Position numbers and translations under genes: made by a program
NCBI GenBank assembly: GCA_017857425.1
Contig: JAFMDE010000001.1
Coordinates: forward strand, 1-51,211
Reading direction: 5' to 3'
DNA: 51,211 nt
Source: Akkermansiaceae bacterium
Lineage (GTDB): Bacteria > Verrucomicrobiota > Verrucomicrobiia > Verrucomicrobiales > Akkermansiaceae
Notes under the pieces: generated by a model
Databases searched by the model: none
What the model was told of the DNA's origin: nothing
Seen by the model: the letters and a program-made list of their open reading frames with translations, nothing else
Shown here: positions 1 through 9,171 of the stretch, piece by piece
How positions within the stretch are numbered: position 1 is the stretch's first letter
How the letters are laid out: each line of letters begins with the position of its first letter

Positions 1-486
1 AAAGTAGTTGTTAAGAAAGCAGCGAAAAAGGTGAATCGTATCAAGGTTCCTAGTAAGCCGGTCGTTTTGAGAGGCTTTGCCAAGAAACAGCACCAGCGAC
101 TGCTTGATCTCCGTGACGGTATTCTCGATGCCATGTATGGCGTCACCCACGACACGCTCAAAAATACCGACGGTATGGAGACTGGTGGTGGAGGTATGCA
201 CACTGGCGATGCGGGAAGTGACTCTTATGATCGTGATTTCGCTCTCAATCTTCTCGCCAAGGAGCAAGATGCTCTGAGTGAGGTTGAACAGGCAATCACT
301 CGCGCTGAGACGGGTGTCTACGGTGTTTGTGAGATGTCGGGTGAACGCATTCCCAATGAACGCCTTGAAGCTATCCCTTTTGCTCGTTACACAGTTGGTT
401 GTCAGGCCCTCTGGGAAAAGGAACACGGAAACAATCGCCACTCGGCAAAATCAGAATTTGGCTTTTCGAACGGCAATATGCGTTAA
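1..486 (+). CDS. dksA: DksA/TraR-family protein, 5' partial (frame open from base 1)
   Basis: Frame 1 reads KVVVKKAAKKV... into the 31..486 ORF. Coiled-coil tip HTGDAGSD, then EVEQAITR...GVYGVCEMSGERIPNERLEAIPFARYTVGCQ, the DksA C-terminal signature. Confidence 0.85.
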   Translation, partial: KVVVKKAAKKVNRIKVPSKPVVLRGFAKKQHQRLLDLRDGILDAMYGVTHDTLKNTDGMETGGGGMHTGDAGSDSYDRDFALNLLAKEQDALSEVEQAITRAETGVYGVCEMSGERIPNERLEAIPFARYTVGCQALWEKEHGNNRHSAKSEFGFSNGNMR

Positions 487-521
487 AATCGAGGAAAAAT
501 CTTATTCTGAATATTCTCTGC

Positions 522-549
522 TTGACCAATCAGCGGAAATCGCTAGTTT
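522..549 (+). promoter_or_regulatory. Putative sigma70 promoter for rpmG-rpsR
   Basis: TTGACC(522-527)-N16-TAGTTT(544-549) followed by a GC-rich discriminator GCGCCTCCC, as in r-protein promoters. Confidence 0.5.
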
Positions 550-627
550 GCGCCTCCCTGCAACCTTTGGCCGGTAAGTAAATACGGCTAAAAAAGCGAC
601 CCAATTTTACAAATAGACTCATCAATC

Positions 628-801
628 ATGGCACGCGACATCATTATCCTTGAATGCACTGAAGCCAAAGCTGAAGGTAGGCCTACCTCCCGCTATAGCA
701 CCACGCGCAATAAGAAAAGCCTCCGCACTCCGGGACGTTTGGAAAAAGTGAAGTATAACCCTTTTCTTCGTCGTCGCACGCTCCACCGCGAGCTGCGCTA
801 A
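628..801 (+). CDS. rpmG: 50S ribosomal protein L33 (C-minus type), 57 aa, absent from the ORF track
   Basis: Hand translation: [58 protein letters not shown]33 pattern R.II.LEC...Y.T.KN......RLE..KY.P....TLHRE. Confidence 0.95.
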   Translation: MARDIIILECTEAKAEGRPTSRYSTTRNKKSLRTPGRLEKVKYNPFLRRRTLHRELR

Positions 802-848
802 CATGATCCTGATGAGCTGATTTACATCACAAACCAACTTTATTTACC

Positions 849-1100
849 ATGTCATCTATATCTACTCCTAAGAACAAAGAGCGCCGTATTGCTTACTGGA
901 AAGCAAACCGTCCTATGCCGCACCGTCGTCATGACGTCCCTGCAGCTGAGGTTGATTACAAAAATGTAGAACTTCTTAACAAATTCACCACCGAGACCGG
1001 AAAAATTCTCCCTCGCCGTGTTACAGGTGTATCAGCTAAGCTCCACCGCAAAATCACACGTGAAGTCAAGCGTGCACGTGCGTGCAATCTGCTTGGTTAA
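849..1100 (+). CDS. rpsR: 30S ribosomal protein S18 (C-minus type)
   Basis: [43 protein letters not shown] is the S18 signature. Confidence 0.95.
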   Translation: MSSISTPKNKERRIAYWKANRPMPHRRHDVPAAEVDYKNVELLNKFTTETGKILPRRVTGVSAKLHRKITREVKRARACNLLG

Positions 1101-1127
1101 TCCTAAGTGGTGAACAAAACACTTTTT

Positions 1128-1167
1128 AAGCCTGTCCGCTGAATCCGGGCAGGCTTTTTTCTTTTTT
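1128..1167 (+). terminator. Intrinsic terminator after rpsR
   Basis: AAGCCTGTCCG-ctgaatc-CGGGCAGGCTT stem followed by TTTTCTTTTTT. Confidence 0.85.
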
Positions 1168-1198
1168 AACATACCGTCAATATTACCCTGTTCATACG

Positions 1199-1981
1199 AT
1201 GAAGGAGCTCACGGACACTCAAAACGAGCTGGATGATAGACAGATCGCTATTGACCGTGTTGGCGTTAAAGCACTGAGGTTCCCATTGCAGGTGCGCAAC
1301 AAAGATGGCAGCACCCAGCGTACTGTTGCTACGACTGCATTAGCGGTAGATTTACCTCACCATTTTAAGGGCACTCACATGAGTCGCTTTGTGGAGGTTC
1401 TTAATTCACACGGTAATTGTCTCGATGTAAGAGAAATGACGGCTATTCCCGAGGAACTATTGGGCAGGCTGGAAGCCCGCAAGGCGCATGTTGAGTTTCG
1501 GTTCCCCTTTTTTCGAAGCAAACCTGCGCCAGTTACTCAAATCTCTGGGGTGATGGACTACGAGGTTGTCTTTGAAGCCGAGTCCGACATTGAAGGTAAT
1601 CACGATTTTATTCTTACCGTCATTGTTCCCGTGGCCACACTCTGCCCCTGCTCTAAAGCAATCAGTGAGAGGGGTGCTCACAACCAGCGAGGCACAGTGA
1701 CTTATTCAGTCCGTTTCAAAGAACCCATCTGGATTGAAGATTTGATTGACTTAGTCGAGACGTCGGCAAGTTGTGAGCTTTACAGCTTGCTGAAGCGACC
1801 AGACGAGAAGGCTGTGACTGAGCGTGCCTACGATAATCCTGTTTTCGTAGAAGATCTAGTGCGCAACGTGGCGGCACGATCCAATGCGCAAGACAATATC
1901 ATATGGTATCGCGTTGAGGCAGAAAACTTTGAGTCTATCCATAATCACAATGCTTATGCGGTGATAGAGAAGGTGGAGTGA
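1199..1981 (+). CDS. folE2: GTP cyclohydrolase I type IB (FolE2)
   Basis: Motifs IDRVGV, KGTHMSRF, TLCPCSK, GAHNQR, LLKRPDEK, NPVFVED, ENFESIHNHNA. Confidence 0.95.
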   Translation: MKELTDTQNELDDRQIAIDRVGVKALRFPLQVRNKDGSTQRTVATTALAVDLPHHFKGTHMSRFVEVLNSHGNCLDVREMTAIPEELLGRLEARKAHVEFRFPFFRSKPAPVTQISGVMDYEVVFEAESDIEGNHDFILTVIVPVATLCPCSKAISERGAHNQRGTVTYSVRFKEPIWIEDLIDLVETSASCELYSLLKRPDEKAVTERAYDNPVFVEDLVRNVAARSNAQDNIIWYRVEAENFESIHNHNAYAVIEKVE

Positions 1982-2085
1982 TTAGGCTTGGAAATGGCTT
2001 GGAAATGGCGGCTTTGGGCGAGCCTTTTTATTCGGGTTATAAAAACAGGCGTGCCAATTCTTTTTGGATCGATTAGACTAGTCGC

Positions 2086-2505
2086 ATGCCTAATGATGAT
2101 TCTATTCACCGCCCTTATTTGACGCTTCCAGGTGCTACGGGCATGCCCGATATTCATGAAATTTTGTCACAGATGCCTGATGAGCAAAAACACAGGTTTG
2201 AGTCATCAGGTGAATTTATTCGCCGGCTAGCAATAAGGGTCACCAAATGGCGTGAAGGGCTACCGGAAGATGAAGAGCCGGCCATTTTTGCCTTAATGTC
2301 AAACGGAGATGCGGTTGAGGTGCATAGCCTCGGAGAGGATGGGCATTCCAGCGTGGTTGTTGAGGGAAGTCTGCAGGGCGCGTCCTGCATGTTTATTAGC
2401 CATCAATCTAGTTTCCAAGTCCTGTGTTATACACGTAAAATTGAGGCTGAATCGCCACGCAGGAAAATAGGATTTCATGTTGGCGGTGAGCAAATAGAGG
2501 CTTAA
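2086..2505 (+). CDS. Hypothetical protein, DUF6173-like
   Basis: Intergenic 139-aa ORF with an N-terminal helix, beta-rich core, H.S..Q motif and C-terminal PRRKIGF, resembling DUF6173 proteins (by eye). Confidence 0.6.
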   Translation: MPNDDSIHRPYLTLPGATGMPDIHEILSQMPDEQKHRFESSGEFIRRLAIRVTKWREGLPEDEEPAIFALMSNGDAVEVHSLGEDGHSSVVVEGSLQGASCMFISHQSSFQVLCYTRKIEAESPRRKIGFHVGGEQIEA

Positions 2506-2720
2506 CTCACATTTTTATCGGAGCTTTTTCATGGGTTTTCAGCTATCATTTTGAGGTTGTCTAAGTCGAATTTTTGTAAGCTTAGTATTCACCAGCGAAG
2601 AGATTCCATTTCCCTCAAAGGATTAAGCGCTGATTTTACAGACGGAGTATTGCCTTTCTGTCATTAAAGTGAATAGTAAACCTTATCGGAAGGACTAGAA
2701 GGACTATCGCTTATTATTGA

Positions 2721-4433
2721 ATGACTAACCTACTCATCGCACCAGCACGCCAGAGCGGCTGCCAAGATCTCGAGGCATTTGCCAATGTTGTGCAAGCAGC
2801 TGCTGAGCAGCAACGCTCTCCCATTGATGATATCCTCGATTCTGGCGTGGTTGAGGAGGAGCTGTATCTGTCAGCTTTGGCGCAACAATCGCGCATGGAG
2901 TGGGTAACGAGCATTGCCGATTTTGAGAATATTGGCGCACTCAGGGCTGTCTGTGGGCCCCGTGTGGCATTGGCTCATCGGCTGCTGCCGATGCAACTCG
3001 AAGGGGCAGAGGGTGAAGATGGCGAGCAGCGACTGGTGTTATTGACCTATGATCCGCTTAACTTGCTCGCTAAGCAGGCGGCAACACAGCAAATCAGCCT
3101 GCCTATCGTCTGGAAAATGGCATCACGTAGGCGCATTCATGAGGCATTGCGGAAACTTTACGGTGTCGGAGCAGATACGTTTGAGCAAATTTTGGAGGGG
3201 CGTGACCTTGATTACGACAATCTCGAGTCGGCAGATGAGGCCAGTGTTATCGATGCCGATGATGATGAGGAGGCAAGTGTTGTTAAATTTGTCAACCAGA
3301 TCATTAGGGAGGCGCTGCAGCAGCGAGCCACGGATATCCATGTAGAGCCGCTCCACGATAATTTGCGCATTCGTTATCGTATTGATGGATTGCTGGTCGA
3401 TGTTACCGTTCCAGATAATATTAAAGCGCTGCAAAGCTCGGTCATTGCCCGCCTGAAGATTATGGCGCATTTGGACATTGCTGAGCGTCGCTTGCCCCAA
3501 GACGGCAGGATTAACCTTCAGTTTGAGGGGCAAACCATCGATGTCCGGGTGGCCACCGTGCCGACCGTTGAAGGTGAAAGTGTGAGCTTGCGCTTACTCA
3601 ACCAAGAGAAATTCACCATTGCTAAACTTGCGCTTGAGCCATTTGTTGAGGAGAAAATCACACAGCTTCTCAAGCTATCTAATGGTATCGTTTTGATCAC
3701 TGGGCCAACGGGTTCTGGTAAATCGACCAGTTTATATTCTTTCCTCAATGAGGTGAACACCTCGGATACACGCATTGTGACAATTGAAGATCCGGTGGAG
3801 AACAAGCTGCCTGGGGTCATGCAGATTGCGGTAAAATCCGAAATTGGCTTAACCTTCGCGAGTGGTTTGCGCTCCATTCTCCGTGCTGATCCAAATATTG
3901 TGATGATTGGAGAAATCCGTGATTTAGAAACCGCGGAAATAGCTATTCGAGCCTCGCTTACGGGTCACCTTGTTTTTAGTACCTTGCACACTAATGATGC
4001 AATGGGAGGTATTAGCCGGCTCACGGACATGGGGGTTGAACCTTTTCTGTTATCTGCATCGGTGCGTGCTTTTCTAGCACAGCGGCTCGTGCGTCGCTTG
4101 TGCCCTAAATGCAAAACGCCGCGTGAGCTCGCCCCACAGCAGCGTATAGAGATGGAAATCCCTGACCACATCGATGGGCAGTGTTACAATGCCGTAGGTT
4201 GTGATCATTGTAGGGGCACAGGTTTTAGTGGACGGCTTGCTATTTACGAAGTTGTTCTGATTACCGAGGAAATGCAGGACCTAATCGTCAAGGGGGATGA
4301 TATGCGTAGGCTACTCGAACAGGCCTACGGTGACGGCTACGTGCCTATGAGGGAGTATGGCTGGTATAAATGTTTTTCGGGAGAAACAACACTCGAAGAG
4401 GTGATATCTGTGACGAGTGCGGAACTTTGTTGA
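2721..4433 (+). CDS. GspE/PulE/PilB-family secretion or pilus assembly ATPase
   Basis: ATDIHVEP, IAERRLPQDGR, Walker A GPTGSGKS, Asp box TIEDPVE, LRADPNIVMIGEIRD, His box TGHLVFSTLHTN, tetracysteine CPKC...CDHC. Confidence 0.95.
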   Translation: MTNLLIAPARQSGCQDLEAFANVVQAAAEQQRSPIDDILDSGVVEEELYLSALAQQSRMEWVTSIADFENIGALRAVCGPRVALAHRLLPMQLEGAEGEDGEQRLVLLTYDPLNLLAKQAATQQISLPIVWKMASRRRIHEALRKLYGVGADTFEQILEGRDLDYDNLESADEASVIDADDDEEASVVKFVNQIIREALQQRATDIHVEPLHDNLRIRYRIDGLLVDVTVPDNIKALQSSVIARLKIMAHLDIAERRLPQDGRINLQFEGQTIDVRVATVPTVEGESVSLRLLNQEKFTIAKLALEPFVEEKITQLLKLSNGIVLITGPTGSGKSTSLYSFLNEVNTSDTRIVTIEDPVENKLPGVMQIAVKSEIGLTFASGLRSILRADPNIVMIGEIRDLETAEIAIRASLTGHLVFSTLHTNDAMGGISRLTDMGVEPFLLSASVRAFLAQRLVRRLCPKCKTPRELAPQQRIEMEIPDHIDGQCYNAVGCDHCRGTGFSGRLAIYEVVLITEEMQDLIVKGDDMRRLLEQAYGDGYVPMREYGWYKCFSGETTLEEVISVTSAELC

Positions 4434-4468
4434 TAGGCTGATTGTTATCGGTTCAGTAGAGATAATAT

Positions 4469-5755
4469 ATGGCTACATACACTTACAAGGCACTTGGGAA
4501 AAACGGGGACCTGGACACCGGTGAGATTACCGCTGCTGACCGGCCCGAGGCGCTCAAGGTTCTGGGTCGGCGAGGCCTGCAGCCCGTCAAACTCTCACTC
4601 AATACTGCCAGTGGCTCGAGTAGAGCGGAAAAGAAGAGCCAATCCTCAGTCAGCTCAAACAAGGAAGGTTCTGCCGCTTCCACAGGCCGCCGTGATGATG
4701 GAGGTCTGCTTAAGCTGAAGCGTGCTGAGGTAGTGCTGTTTACCGAAGAGCTCAGTGAAATGCTCAGAGCGGGTCTTCAGCTTGAGCCGGCATTAAAATC
4801 CATGGAGAACAGAGAAGAACTTGGTTCTTTGAAAGATGTTTCCAGTGAGATCAGGAAATTTGTGTGTGATGGCGGTAGCTTTTCGGTAGCACTGAAAAAA
4901 ACAAGCAATAGCTTCGGTCCACTCTATTGCAGCTTGGCTGCTGCAGGTGAGGCCAGTGGTGCATTAGATACCATTCTCGAGCGCCAAGCCCATTATCTGA
5001 AAACACTGCAGCAGCTGCAAAGTAAGGTGACCTTAGCTTTGATATACCCAGCCTTTCTTATTATTGCGGGTATTGGGGTAGGGATTATTTTTGTTACCAA
5101 ACTGATTCCACAGCTCACAGATCTTATTTCGAGTACCCCAGGTGGCAAAATTCCTCTTGGGGCTAAAATCCTCATAGGTGCCAGTGACTTTTTTCAGGAG
5201 TGGTGGCTGGTGATGCTACTGGTTATCATAGGTAGCTCGCTTGCCTTCAAGGCATGGAAAGATGCCGATGTAAACAAGCTGACATGGGACCGGATCAAGC
5301 TAAAAATTCCGCTCGTAGGGCGGGTTATCGAATCCCGCTTCTATGTGCAATTTCTTGAAACACTGGCCAATCTGGTTGGTAATGGTTTGCCTTTACTGCG
5401 GTCTTTGGAACTCGCACGGGACGCGACACAAAATTTGCATATCCGACAACACATGGATCATGTGATTGATATGGTGGGGGATGGTAGGTCGTTTTCTCGC
5501 GCCCTTATTAATTCAGGAATTTTCCCGCCACTGCTTATTGATATGGTGTCGGTCGGTGAGAAAACGGGTAAAATTGACAAGTCCTTGCGCCGGGCGGCGG
5601 AGCGCTATGACACAGAGCTCAACAAGAGCTTAGCGCGCATTATGGAGCTTATTATGCCCGTGGTTCTGGTGGTGATGGCATTACTCATTGGTACGATGGC
5701 CTACCTGATGATCACGGCGATCTTCCAAACCATCCAAAACCTCGGCGGCAGATAA
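4469..5755 (+). CDS. GspF/PilC-family inner-membrane platform protein
   Basis: Two T2SSF repeats (AGEASGALD, VGEKTGKID), ALIYP, hydrophobic segments; follows the GspE-like gene. Confidence 0.93.
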   Translation: MATYTYKALGKNGDLDTGEITAADRPEALKVLGRRGLQPVKLSLNTASGSSRAEKKSQSSVSSNKEGSAASTGRRDDGGLLKLKRAEVVLFTEELSEMLRAGLQLEPALKSMENREELGSLKDVSSEIRKFVCDGGSFSVALKKTSNSFGPLYCSLAAAGEASGALDTILERQAHYLKTLQQLQSKVTLALIYPAFLIIAGIGVGIIFVTKLIPQLTDLISSTPGGKIPLGAKILIGASDFFQEWWLVMLLVIIGSSLAFKAWKDADVNKLTWDRIKLKIPLVGRVIESRFYVQFLETLANLVGNGLPLLRSLELARDATQNLHIRQHMDHVIDMVGDGRSFSRALINSGIFPPLLIDMVSVGEKTGKIDKSLRRAAERYDTELNKSLARIMELIMPVVLVVMALLIGTMAYLMITAIFQTIQNLGGR

Positions 5756-5816
5756 ATACGATGCCATCGATGGGCAACGAGGCTCCTTGCTTGTAAGTGG
5801 TACGAAATTGTCAATT

Positions 5817-5844
5817 TGGTATTGGGTATTTGGTGCTCAGTGTT
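5817..5844. repeat. Degenerate heptamer tandem repeat (4 units)
   Basis: TGGTATT GGGTATT TGGTGCT CAGTGTT in the gspF-pdxH spacer. Confidence 0.4.
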
Positions 5845-5855
5845 TAGAAGAAGAC

Positions 5856-6515
5856 ATGTCCAAAAGCCGTGAAGACGTCGCTGCAATGCGCGAGGAATAT
5901 GGAAGTCGAGAGCTTCGCCGCGCGAATCTCAGCTTAGATCCTTTTGTTCAGTTTGAGCAATGGTTTGCAGAGGCTCGTGAAGTTGAAATTTATGAGCCCA
6001 ATGCCATGGTTCTCTCCACAGTAGGCTCCGATGGATGTCCTGCTTCGCGAACGGTATTGTTGAAATTCTTTGATGAGGAGGGTTTCGTTTTCTATACCAA
6101 CTACAGCAGTGCCAAGGCCAAGGAGATGGAAGCCGTGCCCTTAGTCTCTTTACTCTTTCCGTGGCTGCCTTTGGAGCGGCAGGTGCGCATCGAAGGCGCA
6201 GTTGAAAAAGTGAGCACAGCGGAGTCTTTAAAATACTTTGCTTCCCGTCCGCGTGAGAGTCAGATCGGCGCTTGGGTCTCGGACCAGTCTAGTGTGATTG
6301 ATTCACGTGCGCTGTTATTAAATAAAATGGCTGAGTTGAAAACAAAATTTAAGGGGGGCGAGGTGCCGCTACCCAGTTTTTGGGGGGGCTACCGAGTTCG
6401 CCCGCAACGCATTGAATTCTGGCAGGGAGGCAAGGGGCGTGTTCACGACCGGTTCCTTTATGCACGTGCGGAAAATGAGTCTCCGCAGTGGCAAATAGAT
6501 CGCCTGGCACCCTGA
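5856..6515 (+). CDS. pdxH: Pyridoxamine 5'-phosphate oxidase
   Basis: EPNAMVLST, RTVLLK, FYTNY.S.K, RQVRIEG, SRP..SQIGAW.S.QS, WGGY, EFWQG...R.HDR, RLAP. Start moved to ATG 5856. Confidence 0.96.
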   Translation: MSKSREDVAAMREEYGSRELRRANLSLDPFVQFEQWFAEAREVEIYEPNAMVLSTVGSDGCPASRTVLLKFFDEEGFVFYTNYSSAKAKEMEAVPLVSLLFPWLPLERQVRIEGAVEKVSTAESLKYFASRPRESQIGAWVSDQSSVIDSRALLLNKMAELKTKFKGGEVPLPSFWGGYRVRPQRIEFWQGGKGRVHDRFLYARAENESPQWQIDRLAP

Positions 6516-6551
6516 TTCGATCAGGGGCAGCCTGATGATTAACAAAGAGGG

Positions 6552-7871
<1,320 letters not shown>

Positions 7872-9011
7872 TTAGCGTGATTGCTCAATGAGCTCAGCAA
7901 ACTCTGCAAAGAAGTAGGTGGCATCATTGGGTCCAGGGGCGGCCTCGGGGTGATACTGCACAGAGAATGCTGGCAGTTCTTTATGACGGAATCCCTCGAC
8001 GGTATTATCATTGAGGTTGATGTGAGTGACCTCAATGATATCTGGAAGTGAATCAACATCAGTGGCAAATCCATGGTTTTGGGCGGTGATGGATACTTTC
8101 CCATTACGCAGGTCTTTGACCGGCTGGTTGCCACCACGGTGACCAAATTTAAGTTTGTAAGTGCTACCTCCGAATGCGTGGGTGAGTATCTGGTGGCCGA
8201 GGCAGATGCCAAAAATCGGAGTTTTGCCCAGCAGCTTTTTAACTTCGGTGTGAATGTAATCCAGGGCGGCTGGATCACCGGGACCATTAGAGAGGAAAAC
8301 GCCATCAGGGTTCATGGCGAGCACCTCTTCTGCTGGTGTGCGGGAGTTAACGAGGGTGACGTTGAATCCACCCTGGCGTAAGTGGCGAAGGATATCCCAC
8401 TTGATGCCAAAATCGTAGGCAACAATGTTGTATTTGATTTCAGGTAATTCAATGTAGGTGCCTTCCTGGCCTGTGGAGGGATTGGGGATGGTCCATTCAC
8501 GAGATTCACCTTCCCAGACATAAGATTCAGGAGTGGAGACTTCTTTGACAAAATCAGAACCGGCCATGGGTGCTGATTTCTGCGCAGCTTTGATGGCCTC
8601 CTCTTTAGAGAGTTCTGTGGAGATGCAGGAGCGCATGGCTCCGGCAGAGCGAAGGTGCTTGGTGAGGGCGCGGGTGTCGATGCCTTCAATGCCGATGATC
8701 TGATGTTCGCTGAAATATTCTGGAAGTGTTTGGTGAGCGCGCCAGTTTGACGATACAGGGGAAAGTTCACCAATGACAAGGCCTCGAACATGAGGTTGGG
8801 ATGATTCGGCATCCTCAGGGTTAACCCCATAATTCCCGATCAAGGGGTAGGTCATGGTGACGATCTGACCACGGTAGGATGGGTCGGTGATGATTTCCTG
8901 ATAGCCGGTCATCGAAGTATTGAAACATGCTTCTCCGGTAGTGGTTCCAGTGTGACCAAAGGCTTCACCTTCAAAGGTTCGGCCGTCTTCGAGTGCTAGA
9001 ATTGCTTTCAT
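7872..9011 (-). CDS. carA: Carbamoyl-phosphate synthase small subunit
   Basis: [56 protein letters not shown]. Start set at [10 protein letters not shown]. Confidence 0.97.
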   Translation of the reverse strand: MKAILALEDGRTFEGEAFGHTGTTTGEACFNTSMTGYQEIITDPSYRGQIVTMTYPLIGNYGVNPEDAESSQPHVRGLVIGELSPVSSNWRAHQTLPEYFSEHQIIGIEGIDTRALTKHLRSAGAMRSCISTELSKEEAIKAAQKSAPMAGSDFVKEVSTPESYVWEGESREWTIPNPSTGQEGTYIELPEIKYNIVAYDFGIKWDILRHLRQGGFNVTLVNSRTPAEEVLAMNPDGVFLSNGPGDPAALDYIHTEVKKLLGKTPIFGICLGHQILTHAFGGSTYKLKFGHRGGNQPVKDLRNGKVSITAQNHGFATDVDSLPDIIEVTHINLNDNTVEGFRHKELPAFSVQYHPEAAPGPNDATYFFAEFAELIEQSR

Positions 9012-9171
9012 GTGAACATTCGGTAACCCAGATATTATCTGTGGGCGCGCGCAGACTGAGGTGCAGCGCGACAAGATTCAAGTGTGAAGTTGCCCTTAAA
9101 TGCAACTGGAACGAGAAATCGTCATCAGCCTATGAGAGACAAGGCGATAATGCTCGCCCGAACCCCTTTAT

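Noticed and set aside
503-513. TATTCTGAATA dyad as a possible Zur/Fur box upstream of rpmG
   Set aside because: Only 5-1-5 symmetry and no match to Zur or Fur consensus sequences I know.
622-837. 71-aa minus-strand ORF in the track
   Set aside because: Antisense shadow of the real rpmG on the + strand (628-801).
2039-2057. Minus-strand TTGGCACG as a sigma54 -24 element (a similar one lies on the + strand near 50146)
   Set aside because: No TTGC -12 element at the required spacing in either case.
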